Shown: piece by piece, positions 10,149 to 21,106 of the stretch
How positions within the stretch are numbered: position 1 is the first letter of the stretch
Layout of the letters: every line of letters begins with the position of its first letter
NCBI GenBank assembly: GCA_037129695.1
Contig: JBAXUL010000001.1
Coordinates: 4,057-68,056 of the forward strand
Origin: Prolixibacteraceae bacterium
Lineage (GTDB): Bacteria; Bacteroidota; Bacteroidia; Bacteroidales; Prolixibacteraceae
Length of the DNA stretch: 64,000 nucleotides
Direction: 5' to 3'
The notes under the pieces: generated by a model
The model's database searches: none
Told to the model about the DNA's origin: nothing
The model's input: the letters and a program-made list of their open reading frames with translations, nothing else
Made by a program: the position numbers and the translations under genes

Positions 10149-10446
10149 AAATAGTAATTTTTAAAATTTGATTGGATGCGTAACTCAAATTTTGTACCAA
10201 GTTGGTGGGTACTCACATCCTATTAGACGTAAAAGATGTGAAAAGTAATCACGATTAACAAACTTTAACTACGATCTTTTCCACTGCGCTTCAAAATGGA
10301 CTTTATCTAACATAATTCCATGGTGAATCATGGAGAAAAATGGTCAGCGATTTGCAGTTATTACGGATCAAAATACAGATTGAATCCAGATTTATCATTG
10401 ATTTTTGCTGAAGTCAGAGTCACTGAAAAAATTGCAGGACAATTTG

Positions 10447-11046
10447 TCAGTTTTTGTTTTCGTTCTCTTTGTTTGGGACATTGAACCATTTGGAGAGGGG
10501 TTCTGCCGGGACATAATCCCGGATGTATGCAACTGCTTCTTCCGGAGTGGAAGCGACAAAATACATTTCGCGGTAGCTCTCCTTGGCAAAGGTTTCCTGG
10601 TAAGCCCTGTCGAATTGTTCGAACAGTGGGTTGTAATAACCGTTGGTGTTGATGAAAACAATTGCTTTGTTGTGGTAATTCAATTGCTTCAGGGTAATTA
10701 CCTCCAGAATTTCCTCCAGTGTTCCGAAACCGCCCGGAAGTGCGATGAACGCATTGGAGCGTTTGCGCATCAGGTATTTTCGCTCACGCATATTGGGAGT
10801 GATGATCTGTTCGTGGTCGTTGGGACTGGAGAGCCTGTGGGCATGTATCAGTTCCGGAATGATGCCTACAGTCTTCGAGCCACTTTCCCTGGCTGCTTCG
10901 GCGCAGGCATGCATCAGACCCACGTTGGCACCACCGTATATCAGTTTCCAGCCTGATTCTCCGAGCAGGCGACCCAGACTCCGGGCCGCATCAAAATAGA
11001 TTTCCGGGATTGCATTGCTTGAGGAGGAGAAAACACAGATGTTCAT
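10447..11046 (-). CDS. LOG-family protein (TIGR00730-type, cytokinin riboside 5'-monophosphate phosphoribohydrolase-like)
   Basis: MNICVFSSSS..., GGANVGLM, and the PGGFGTLEE motif. Start set at ATG 11046; the longer ORF only translates the heptamer repeat. Confidence 0.87.
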   Translation of the reverse strand: MNICVFSSSSNAIPEIYFDAARSLGRLLGESGWKLIYGGANVGLMHACAEAARESGSKTVGIIPELIHAHRLSSPNDHEQIITPNMRERKYLMRKRSNAFIALPGGFGTLEEILEVITLKQLNYHNKAIVFINTNGYYNPLFEQFDRAYQETFAKESYREMYFVASTPEEAVAYIRDYVPAEPLSKWFNVPNKENENKN

Positions 11047-11059
11047 AGATAGTGGGAAA

Positions 11060-11128
11060 TGAAAAGTGAAAAGTGAAAAATGAAAAATGAAGAATACTAA
11101 TTTTTCATTTTTCACTTTTCATTTTTCA
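11060..11128. repeat. 28-bp inverted repeat / hairpin built from GAAAAGT and GAAAAAT heptamers, with a 13-nt loop
   Basis: 11060-11087 pairs with 11128-11101 base by base (27 Watson-Crick pairs plus one G-T). Loop is 11088-11100. Lies between the gyrB stop (11136) and the LOG start (11046). Confidence 0.9.
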
Positions 11129-11135
11129 CTTAAAT

Positions 11136-13103
<1,968 letters not shown>

Positions 13104-13262
13104 TTAAAATGGATTTTTATCGAAAATTAATACAATGATCTGGTAATCAGAATATTATTACTGATTCCATAAGTACGCAAACCATCGAATACTGTATGAT
13201 TTTATCTTATTTAACTAAGCAGACAAATGTAGCTTATTTTCACCAAACAGACAAGTAATTTT

Positions 13263-15047
13263 TCAGAAAGAGAGGCTTGCCCCGAGTTTGATCCGGATAC
13301 CCTGAACTGTATAGCCATACCATATTTCGTCTTTCCTGTTGAGCAGGTTTTCGACCTTGCCGAAGAAATCAAATTTGTTGCTAAAACTGTATTTTGCCCC
13401 GATATTGACATCTAATACCGGATCTGCCTTCAGGTAAATGGGTGGAGGTGGGGTTGCCGATGAAATGGGTGGCAGGTAGTATTTAAGCATCAGATTTCTT
13501 GGCCCGGTTACAAACATTTCTGCCAATGCACTCAAATGGTTTGTGACCTTGAATTCACTGGTGGCATTCAAGGTGAAATCCGGCATGTATGGCGCTTTCT
13601 CGAGGGCATTCAGCTGGTAGCTGTAGAAATGTCCTGAAAGGAGCAGGAACATTCCTGCCCCGGTATACGAAAGATCACCTGAGAAATCCAGGGTACTGAG
13701 CTGGTCGTATACCACCTCGAAGGCATTGTTGTAAGCCAGGCCTTCGAGACTGGTAGTGGAAGATGAGTACCCATAGCGTTCAACCCTTGTGACATAAAAA
13801 TACTGATCTTCTGTTTTGCCATAATTTACACCAATATCGAAAGTCAGCGGAGTGGTTATTTTGCCTTTGACGCCTGCCGAGAAAGTTGAAAGATGACTCG
13901 ATGGCCGCACGGTCAGGGTAGGGTTGACCCATCGGTTTTCTGAAGCAATTTTTGAATAGTTGTTGTTTTCCAGGTAGCCGTTGAGACCGGCATAGAGGGT
14001 GAAGTTTTTCTCCGCCGTATGGAAGGCAAATGATACTTTGGGATAGGGTTTAACGATGGTTCCGTTCAAATTGTCGAAAACGGAATAAAGGTTGAAGCCG
14101 CCTTCAATCGTAAAATTTTCATTTTGGTAAAATGCAGTGGGGGACAGCTGCAACCAGGAACTTCCTGACGATGCCATCACCGCAAAATCAGTGTTGTTGG
14201 TTACATTCTCAGTGTCAAAATGCGAATAGGCGGCGGATAATTTACCTCTGAAAGCGCCAAAGTCGTAGTCGAAATCACCCACAAATCGCATGGCCTTTTC
14301 TACCTGATCTGTAGAAGTATTGAAGTAACTCAGGTTCACGCCGGAATTGAACCTCAGTGCGGATGAAGCGCTGGCATTGCTTTTAACCTGCAAATGAAAA
14401 TTTCCCAGTTGGTTCGTCTGGTCCTTGCCGAAATATTTTACGAAATTATTGGTCAGGATGTCTGACGGGATGGCGATGGGATACCCGTAAAACCTGTTGA
14501 CGTCACGCTGATAGGAAAAGTCGGAGGAAATTGTGACTCCTTCGTAAACATAACTCCCGTAGGCGACAGCCCTGTTGTAGCTAAATGGAGCATCAATTTG
14601 ATTTCCTCCTTTCAATTCTACACTTCCTTGCGAGGAGAGATGGTTCAGCTGCAGTCCGAATGTGCCGTTTTCAGAGTTGGGATTGTTGAGGTAAAAATCG
14701 AAGAAAGGTGTCAGATTGGTGCCGAAACCTCCGCTGATTTTCCCGTAACCGGGATGGTTGAACTCCGCAGGAAGCTGGTTGGATGCATTCAGTGCCGAGG
14801 ACTGGAATCCGGAAGTAACCGGATGGCTGCTTATTTTGTAATTAAGATCAGGTCTGAAGCGCGTGGTGTCGTTGATTTCCGGCAAAAGGTTGATTTTTTC
14901 TGCTTTAGACACAGAAGGACGATAGGCTTTGATCACTTCCACCTGTTGGTTCATCTTTGATGTATCCTGCTGCGCATCCACCCGGGAAACGAATCCTGGT
15001 AAGACAAAAGTCAACAGAAACAGAGGTATGAAATATCTTGGAGTCAT
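13263..15047 (-). CDS. Outer-membrane beta-barrel protein, family unknown
   Basis: 594 aa. Signal peptide ending ...VDAQQ, alternating beta-strand-like sequence, C-terminal ...GASLSF with terminal Phe. Confidence 0.6.
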   Translation of the reverse strand: MTPRYFIPLFLLTFVLPGFVSRVDAQQDTSKMNQQVEVIKAYRPSVSKAEKINLLPEINDTTRFRPDLNYKISSHPVTSGFQSSALNASNQLPAEFNHPGYGKISGGFGTNLTPFFDFYLNNPNSENGTFGLQLNHLSSQGSVELKGGNQIDAPFSYNRAVAYGSYVYEGVTISSDFSYQRDVNRFYGYPIAIPSDILTNNFVKYFGKDQTNQLGNFHLQVKSNASASSALRFNSGVNLSYFNTSTDQVEKAMRFVGDFDYDFGAFRGKLSAAYSHFDTENVTNNTDFAVMASSGSSWLQLSPTAFYQNENFTIEGGFNLYSVFDNLNGTIVKPYPKVSFAFHTAEKNFTLYAGLNGYLENNNYSKIASENRWVNPTLTVRPSSHLSTFSAGVKGKITTPLTFDIGVNYGKTEDQYFYVTRVERYGYSSSTTSLEGLAYNNAFEVVYDQLSTLDFSGDLSYTGAGMFLLLSGHFYSYQLNALEKAPYMPDFTLNATSEFKVTNHLSALAEMFVTGPRNLMLKYYLPPISSATPPPPIYLKADPVLDVNIGAKYSFSNKFDFFGKVENLLNRKDEIWYGYTVQGIRIKLGASLSF

Positions 15048-15065
15048 AGACTTAGCTTAAATCGG

Positions 15066-18000
15066 TTATTTTTTTTGTTCCAGTATTTTCAGATAAGCGG
15101 ACGCTTCATCGACAATGCCATCGTCCTTGATCTCATAATTTTCAATCACACTTTTGAGGGTGTTGGTCGCCTGAAACAGATCGTTCATTTTCTCATAGAT
15201 ATGGGCCAGGAGTATGAAACTCTTACCAAGCCAGAATTTTTGCGGACTGTTTTTAGCAATAAAATCCATCACCTCGTTTTCGCCATCCTTGAGGCGGTTG
15301 TTCTCTGCATAATATTTGCAAACGTTGTACTTGGCTTCTGCTCCTTCCCGTGATTTGGGATCTGCGGATAGTTTGCGCCACAACGGAAGGGCTTTTGCCT
15401 GATCTTTCAAAGCATCATAGGCTTTGGCGGACTTGTAGGAACTCTCCCGGTCAAGTTCGGGGGGGATTTTACCATTGCTGCGGACTTTCCATCCCGTTTT
15501 TGCTACTTCTTCCCAATTGCCGAGTTCGTACTGGCAGCGCATGATGCCGGTGGTGCCTGCCAGTACATTGGCGGGATTTCCGCCAATGGTTTCGAGGCGT
15601 TGGAAATATGTCAATGCCTTTGAATAGGCTTTGGCATCATAGGAAAGTCCGGCGGCCCTGATCAAAGCATTCTCAGTAAAAAGATTATTCGGTTGGGCGA
15701 GTACCATTTCGTAATCCTGTAATGCCTCTGTGTTCATGCCGGCATTGAAGGCACATTCGGCACGGTAAAAACGGGCATTGACAGTGAAACTACCATTCGG
15801 AAAGCCGGAAAGGTACCTGGAAAGTTGTTCTGATGCATTGGATGACTGCGACATGTATAGTTTTTCGGCAGCTGCATAGGTGAGCGAATCCTGCTCGTTT
15901 TGTGATGGCGTAGCTCCTTTGCCCAGTTTTTTGGTATAGGTGATATAGTCTTCCACCTGGTTGTTCTCCATGTAATTGTTTTTGATACCTGTCAGGGCTC
16001 CCTTGGCCTCAGGGGTGTCAGGGAATCGGGATATCACCTCCTTGTAGTAAGCGATGGATGCATCATACTGATTCTGATTGTAGGCAATCAGGCCGAGTTG
16101 TGCGAGGGCCTTAGCTACCAATGGGCTTCCGGGGTATTTGGCAATCAGGTCGTTGTAATTTGATTTGGCCCCTTCAAAATCCGATTCCTTCTCCCTTGCC
16201 TTCCCGGTTTCGTACAGGGCATCATCGCAATAGGGAGAATCCGGATATTTTGAGATGAGCTGTTCCAACTCCTGAATTTTGGTCTGCTGTTCCTGCATCA
16301 GACCATGGGTGAAAGCGGTTTGGAAGAGAGAATAATCGGCATCAGGCGAATTCAGATCAATGGCTTTTCCGTAATTTCTCAGTGCTGCATCAAAATTGCG
16401 GTCGGCATAGGCACAGTCGCCCAGCCTGTTGCAGACGTCGCCAAGTAATTTGTCGTGATCACCGGTAGATCGCTCGGCATACTTATTGAAATAGAAAGCT
16501 GCCTGTGCCAGATCCTGCTTGTTGAAAAACTGGTACCCCATATTGTAAAGTGATAACGCGTATTCGTTCAGCTTGGTGCTTCCCGGCAGGGACTGGAATT
16601 TTTTGTATTCGGCGAAAGCCTCTTCCGGCTTGTCAAGTCGGTAAAGTGTTTCAGCGTGCCAATATTGCGCCTGGGCCTTGAAACCCGGATTGTAGGTGCC
16701 ATTTTCCAGTGACTTGTCGAATAGTTTTTGCGCACCTGTGAAGTTCAGATCCCGGAAAAGTTCCATCCCACGGTAGAGGGCTACCCTTTGATAGGCTTTT
16801 TTGACTGAAGGACTCTTTACCTTGATCTTGTCCATGGAGGTAAGCGCATCCTTGTAGTTGTGGGTTGTCATGAAAACGTTGACCAGATAGGTATATGCCT
16901 GATCGTTTTCCCTGGCATCGGGATATTCGGTGATGTAACGGTCGAGTGCCTTGATGGATTCGTTGAACGGAGAATAGTCCAGCTCATAGGTGGCCTTGGC
17001 ATATTGGAACAACGCGTCCTGCCTTATTTTCGGGTCAAACTTCATCTCTGAGGCATGTTGAAATGCCAACAGTCCTTTTTGCTTGTCGCCTTTTTTCATG
17101 TAGAGTCCGCCCAACTGGTAGTAGGTTCCCTGAGAGATGGCATCACTTTGCTGAATCGATTTTTCATACCATTGGATGGCCAGATCCGGCTGACCGCTTT
17201 TTTCCTGGCAAAAGCCTGCGACATAACAATCGGCCCTGCTAACTTCCTTATTTTTGAAATACCTATCAATCAGTTCTGTCGCCGAAACATACTGTTGCTG
17301 CTGGTAATAGGAGGTAACGATGATTCTTGCCAACTCGAATTTTCGTTCTTCGGGTGCCTTCTCCAAAAGTGGAACACCCAGTTCGATCACTCTTTCAAAA
17401 TTACCTTTCGCAAAGGCAACCTGAACCTCATAATAGGGAATGAGCTTAAAATAGACGGGTGTATTTTCAAGTTTTTTCAGTTCAGCGAGCGACTCGTCAA
17501 AATGACCTTCCAGGTAACTGATATGTGCCCAATAATATTTGGCGCCATCACCAATGGATCCTTTTTTACCCCTTAACTGATTAAAATTACTTTTTGCTCT
17601 GGGTTTGTCTCCGGTTTCAAGCAAGGAAATGCCGGAGTTGTAAAGATATTTATCCCTTTCACCGTCGGATAGATTGGCGGGTTCAATTTTGGTGTAAAGC
17701 TGGAGGGTTTCCTTGTAATTTTTGCGCTGGAAAGAAAGATTGGCAAGCCTGAATAGCGCACCGTTGATCAGCGGAGAGTCCGGCTGATCTTCAACGAATT
17801 TTTTCAGTTCTGCTTCACCATTGGGATTTCCCAGTTCCAGCCTCGAAGCCGCAATGTAATAGGCTGAGGCTCTTGCAAGCAGTCCGTCATTTTCTGACTG
17901 AAGTTCTTCAAATACCTTGATGGCAGATCCGTAATTTCCGTCATTAAAAAGGGCTGTTCCTTCCCTGTAGCGACGGGTTTCGGTTCCTTTGCCGGTCTCA

Positions 18001-18080
18001 TTGTTCTGTGAAAAGACCGTTGCCAAGGAAAAAACGAATGGAATCAGGATGAAAATGGTTCTTTTTATCTGGGTTCTCAT
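15066..18080 (-). CDS. Large secreted tetratricopeptide-repeat (TPR) protein
   Basis: 1004 aa. Signal peptide, then many TPR-like A/Y/L-rich repeats (e.g. YYIAASRLELGN, AQYWHAETLYRL, ALYETGKAREKE). Ends 18 nt upstream of the barrel gene. Confidence 0.8.
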   Translation of the reverse strand: MRTQIKRTIFILIPFVFSLATVFSQNNETGKGTETRRYREGTALFNDGNYGSAIKVFEELQSENDGLLARASAYYIAASRLELGNPNGEAELKKFVEDQPDSPLINGALFRLANLSFQRKNYKETLQLYTKIEPANLSDGERDKYLYNSGISLLETGDKPRAKSNFNQLRGKKGSIGDGAKYYWAHISYLEGHFDESLAELKKLENTPVYFKLIPYYEVQVAFAKGNFERVIELGVPLLEKAPEERKFELARIIVTSYYQQQQYVSATELIDRYFKNKEVSRADCYVAGFCQEKSGQPDLAIQWYEKSIQQSDAISQGTYYQLGGLYMKKGDKQKGLLAFQHASEMKFDPKIRQDALFQYAKATYELDYSPFNESIKALDRYITEYPDARENDQAYTYLVNVFMTTHNYKDALTSMDKIKVKSPSVKKAYQRVALYRGMELFRDLNFTGAQKLFDKSLENGTYNPGFKAQAQYWHAETLYRLDKPEEAFAEYKKFQSLPGSTKLNEYALSLYNMGYQFFNKQDLAQAAFYFNKYAERSTGDHDKLLGDVCNRLGDCAYADRNFDAALRNYGKAIDLNSPDADYSLFQTAFTHGLMQEQQTKIQELEQLISKYPDSPYCDDALYETGKAREKESDFEGAKSNYNDLIAKYPGSPLVAKALAQLGLIAYNQNQYDASIAYYKEVISRFPDTPEAKGALTGIKNNYMENNQVEDYITYTKKLGKGATPSQNEQDSLTYAAAEKLYMSQSSNASEQLSRYLSGFPNGSFTVNARFYRAECAFNAGMNTEALQDYEMVLAQPNNLFTENALIRAAGLSYDAKAYSKALTYFQRLETIGGNPANVLAGTTGIMRCQYELGNWEEVAKTGWKVRSNGKIPPELDRESSYKSAKAYDALKDQAKALPLWRKLSADPKSREGAEAKYNVCKYYAENNRLKDGENEVMDFIAKNSPQKFWLGKSFILLAHIYEKMNDLFQATNTLKSVIENYEIKDDGIVDEASAYLKILEQKK

Positions 18081-18172
18081 AGGGTCTGTTTCATGCTGGG
18101 ATTTGCGATTCTACCTGTTGAAAATGCCTGACACGGGACAAATTAAGATTTCTGAAGATCATCAAAAATCCT

Positions 18173-18180
18173 TAGATTTG
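18173..18180 (+). promoter_or_regulatory. Candidate -7 box (TAGATTTG) for ftsE
   Basis: TAnnTTTG match about 47 nt upstream of the ATG at 18227. Confidence 0.35.
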
Positions 18181-18226
18181 TACATCGTTGTTTTTACAAA
18201 ATTAGGATTTTATCAACACTTCACCC

Positions 18227-18943
18227 ATGGCAGAAGAAATTATCAAACTGGAAAACGCAGATATCTATCAACAAGAGACTTTGGTACTGAAAGAGGTGAG
18301 CCTGACAGTGCTCAAAGGGGAATTTCTTTACATCATCGGGAAAGTTGGAAGCGGCAAAACGAGTTTACTGAAATCCTTTTACCACGATCTACCACTTGTG
18401 AACGGTGAAGGTACCGTCCTGGGTTACGACCTGAATAAAATGAAAATGAAGGACATTCCGATGTTACGCAGAAGGCTTGGGATTATCTTCCAGGATTTTC
18501 AGTTGCTGAGTGACCGGACCGTGCAAAAAAATTTCGAGTTTGTGCTTCGGGCTACCGGATGGCGTCAGGAACGGGCAATTTTGGAAAGGATCGATGAAGT
18601 ACTGAATCTGGTTGAGATGCCCGAGGCAGGATCGAAAATGCCGCATAGGCTCTCCGGTGGTGAGCAGCAGCGGATCGTCATCGCCCGTGCCATGCTCAAT
18701 AACCCTCAAATTATCCTGGCAGATGAGCCTACCGGGAATCTGGATCCCGAAACTTCGGAAAAACTGATGGTACTGCTTCATGAGATCAACAAGGATGGGG
18801 TAACTGTCGTCATGGCCACACACGATTATGAGATGATCCGCAAGTTTCCCGCCCGTCGGGTAAAATGCGAGGAGGGCCAATTGAAGGAATTCCTTTTGCC
18901 GGCAGAACCTTTAGATTTTGATAGTTTGCTGTCAGAAGAATAA
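18227..18943 (+). CDS. ftsE: Cell-division ABC transporter ATP-binding protein FtsE-like
   Basis: 238 aa. Walker A GKVGSGKTS, signature LSGGEQQR, Walker B ILADEPTGNLD. Confidence 0.85.
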   Translation: MAEEIIKLENADIYQQETLVLKEVSLTVLKGEFLYIIGKVGSGKTSLLKSFYHDLPLVNGEGTVLGYDLNKMKMKDIPMLRRRLGIIFQDFQLLSDRTVQKNFEFVLRATGWRQERAILERIDEVLNLVEMPEAGSKMPHRLSGGEQQRIVIARAMLNNPQIILADEPTGNLDPETSEKLMVLLHEINKDGVTVVMATHDYEMIRKFPARRVKCEEGQLKEFLLPAEPLDFDSLLSEE

Positions 18944-18948
18944 AGAAT

Positions 18949-18976
18949 AAAGGCAAAAGGTAAAAGGCGAAAGTCA
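18949..18976. repeat. Tandem heptamers AAAGGCA AAAGGTA AAAGGCG AAAGTCA
   Basis: Direct reading, just after the ftsE stop. Closely resembles the repeat at 1-30, including the following GGTGAAG / TAGG words. Confidence 0.75.
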
Positions 18977-19075
18977 TTAGGGTGAAGCGAGGAATTGAAC
19001 TGGAAGATAGCGCTGAAACTGTGACCCGAAATTTGTAACTTGCAGCAAATAACCCCTAACTTATACTTCAATACC

Positions 19076-20095
19076 GTGTTCAAACTTATTCCCAATTTTT
19101 CGCTCAAAGACAACAACAGTTTCGGTCTGGATGTCAAAGCCGATTATTGGCTTACCCTTACTGAAGCCGAAGACTGGAAAGAGGCGATGGAGCGGCATCC
19201 GCATCTTTTGCAGGAAAAAAGGATGATCGTTGGAGGAGGAACCAACCTGTTGTTCCTATCTGACTATGACGGAATGATTATTTCCCCTGATATTTGCGGA
19301 TATACAATCACTTACCAGGACAGCGAAATCGTCGATATCACTGTCGGAGCCGGTGCAGAATGGGATGATTTCGTGGTGTTTTGTGTCAAAAACGGTTGGT
19401 ACGGAGTCGAGAATTTATCCCTGATTCCGGGTAAAACTGGTGCAGCAGCCGTTCAGAATATTGGAGCCTATGGAGCTGATGCTGCTTCGGTCATTGTGCA
19501 AGTCAGCGGTATCAGGCTGGAAACCTTTCAGCCTGAAAATTATTCGCACGATCAATGTCATTTCAGCTACAGATCAAGCATTTTCAAAGAACAACTCTCA
19601 GGTAAGTTACTGATCACTTCTGTTACTTTCCGGCTCAGAAAGAAGGGTGAAGTTGATTGTTCCTATGGGGACCTGAAAAGAACGATGTCAGATTTTGGTG
19701 AGCCCAGCCTGGAGAACCTGCGCAAGGCAGTCATACAAATCAGGGAATCCAAACTTCCCGATCCCAGGAAGACCGGCAATGCCGGCAGTTTCTTTAAAAA
19801 TCCGGTAGTTGTTGAAGAGGTTGCCTTTGCCTTGGAGGAACTCCTTCCCGGACTTCCTGTTTTCCAGCTGACGGAGGGATTTGTGAAAGTCGGTGCAGGT
19901 TTTTTAATTGAAAAGGCAGGCTGGAAAGGATATCAGTTGGGTCATGCAGGTGTTCATGACGGGCAGGCCCTGGTACTTGTCAACCTTGGAGGAGCAACCG
20001 GTCATGAAATTTTGGAGCTTTCCCTTGCCATCCAACAGGACGTGCTGGAGAAATACGGGGTAGCACTGGAAAGAGAAGTGCAGTTAATAGGATAA
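19076..20095 (+). CDS. murB: UDP-N-acetylenolpyruvoylglucosamine reductase
   Basis: FAD-binding PCMH-type N-terminus (NNSFGLDV..., GGGTNLLF) and a MurB C-terminal domain (GNAGSFFKNP). The ORF opens at TTG 19040; the in-frame GTG at 19076 gives an N-terminus typical for MurB. Confidence 0.9.
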   Translation: MFKLIPNFSLKDNNSFGLDVKADYWLTLTEAEDWKEAMERHPHLLQEKRMIVGGGTNLLFLSDYDGMIISPDICGYTITYQDSEIVDITVGAGAEWDDFVVFCVKNGWYGVENLSLIPGKTGAAAVQNIGAYGADAASVIVQVSGIRLETFQPENYSHDQCHFSYRSSIFKEQLSGKLLITSVTFRLRKKGEVDCSYGDLKRTMSDFGEPSLENLRKAVIQIRESKLPDPRKTGNAGSFFKNPVVVEEVAFALEELLPGLPVFQLTEGFVKVGAGFLIEKAGWKGYQLGHAGVHDGQALVLVNLGGATGHEILELSLAIQQDVLEKYGVALEREVQLIG

Positions 20096-20119
20096 GTTAC
20101 GAATTTGCAGATTGGCAAA

Positions 20120-20365
20120 TCAGCTTCTCCCTTTTCTGAATTTCATCACGATGTCGATGATACTTAGAACAATACCAATCCCAATCAGGCTATATCCAAC
20201 AATTCTGCTTTCACCGGCAAACAAACCTGCCAGAATGAATCCGAAAGCGATTCCGGCAATGGGAGTAAGTTTTGCCTGAGGGTGTTTTCCCAAAAAGAAA
20301 AACATAAAGGCGATGATGGCAAGCACAACTATTGCGATGACCACCCAGAATGAAGAGTTTACCAT
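20120..20365 (-). CDS. Small integral membrane protein (about 3 TM helices)
   Basis: 81-aa ORF with ATG start and hydrophobic segments throughout. No recognisable family. Confidence 0.5.
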   Translation of the reverse strand: MVNSSFWVVIAIVVLAIIAFMFFFLGKHPQAKLTPIAGIAFGFILAGLFAGESRIVGYSLIGIGIVLSIIDIVMKFRKGRS

Positions 20366-20479
20366 AATCAGTAATTTATAGGATGAATTACTTAATGATC
20401 CGGTTTTTCAAACCAGCTTATCACTCAAATGTAATCAAAATAGGTTGTAAATCAAACAGGTAAATTCTGTATAATGCCA

Positions 20480-21046
20480 TCAATCGATCACAATTCCATA
20501 TTTGTCAAGTAATCCGGCTATGCCTGTCAGGGAAAACCTTGCTTTTTTGAGGCGGTTTTTTTCGGGATCGATGGAATAATGATAAGCGCTTCGAAAATCG
20601 GTTTTCTCCAGTATTGTATTTTCAAATATGGCGCCGGTTAAATCACACTGGTCGAACACCAAAGCACTGAGGTCAGCTTCCGTAAATTCAACTTCATGGA
20701 GTGAACTTTTTCTAAATTTGGTCCTCTTGAGATTTAACTTGTAAAACGAGGAGAGGTTGAGGGTACACCGATCGAAATCAATCGCCATGAGAAACTGATT
20801 GCAATTTTCAAAATGAAGTCCCAATAATTTGCACTCCCTGAATGCAACCTCCTTGAAAGCCGTCTGGGTAATTTTGGCAAGACTCAAATTACACCGGATG
20901 AAACTGCACTCCGTGAAACTTATTCCTGAAAGATCACTGTTTGAAAATCCGCAATCATTGAAAGTGCACAACTCATATTCGCCTTTGGGCAATGCGGTTG
21001 CGGTGAAGTCGGTTTTATCAAAGTTTTTGGATTCAATGTAGATCAT
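20480..21046 (-). CDS. Pentapeptide-repeat protein
   Basis: 188 aa. Consecutive A(D/N)LxX-type pentapeptides (FSNSDLSGISFTECSFIRCNLSLAK..., ADLSALVFDQCDLTGAIFENTIL). Confidence 0.85.
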   Translation of the reverse strand: MIYIESKNFDKTDFTATALPKGEYELCTFNDCGFSNSDLSGISFTECSFIRCNLSLAKITQTAFKEVAFRECKLLGLHFENCNQFLMAIDFDRCTLNLSSFYKLNLKRTKFRKSSLHEVEFTEADLSALVFDQCDLTGAIFENTILEKTDFRSAYHYSIDPEKNRLKKARFSLTGIAGLLDKYGIVID

Positions 21047-21088
21047 GATGCGATGATTGATTGATGTGGTGTTGATAAGAATTCCTTA

Positions 21089-21102
21089 AACTCCCAACTC
21101 CG
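21089..21102. repeat. Two tandem heptamers AACTCCC AACTCCG
   Basis: Direct reading in the 60-nt gap between the mltG stop and the pentapeptide gene start. Same word family as 32122-32146. Confidence 0.5.
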
Positions 21103-21106
21103 GTCT

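Noticed and set aside
10149-10446. 298-nt spacer upstream of htrA, checked for a tRNA, small RNA or small ORF
   Set aside because: It has no tRNA-like T-arm or acceptor pattern and no convincing hairpin. A 55-codon plus-strand ORF from 10320 runs into the LOG 3' end antisense and looks fortuitous.
11047-11115. N-terminal extension of the LOG ORF (MKNEKLVFFIFHFSLFTFHFPLS)
   Set aside because: This peptide is only the translation of the heptamer hairpin. The LOG family N-terminus (MNICVFSSSS) starts at the ATG at 11046.
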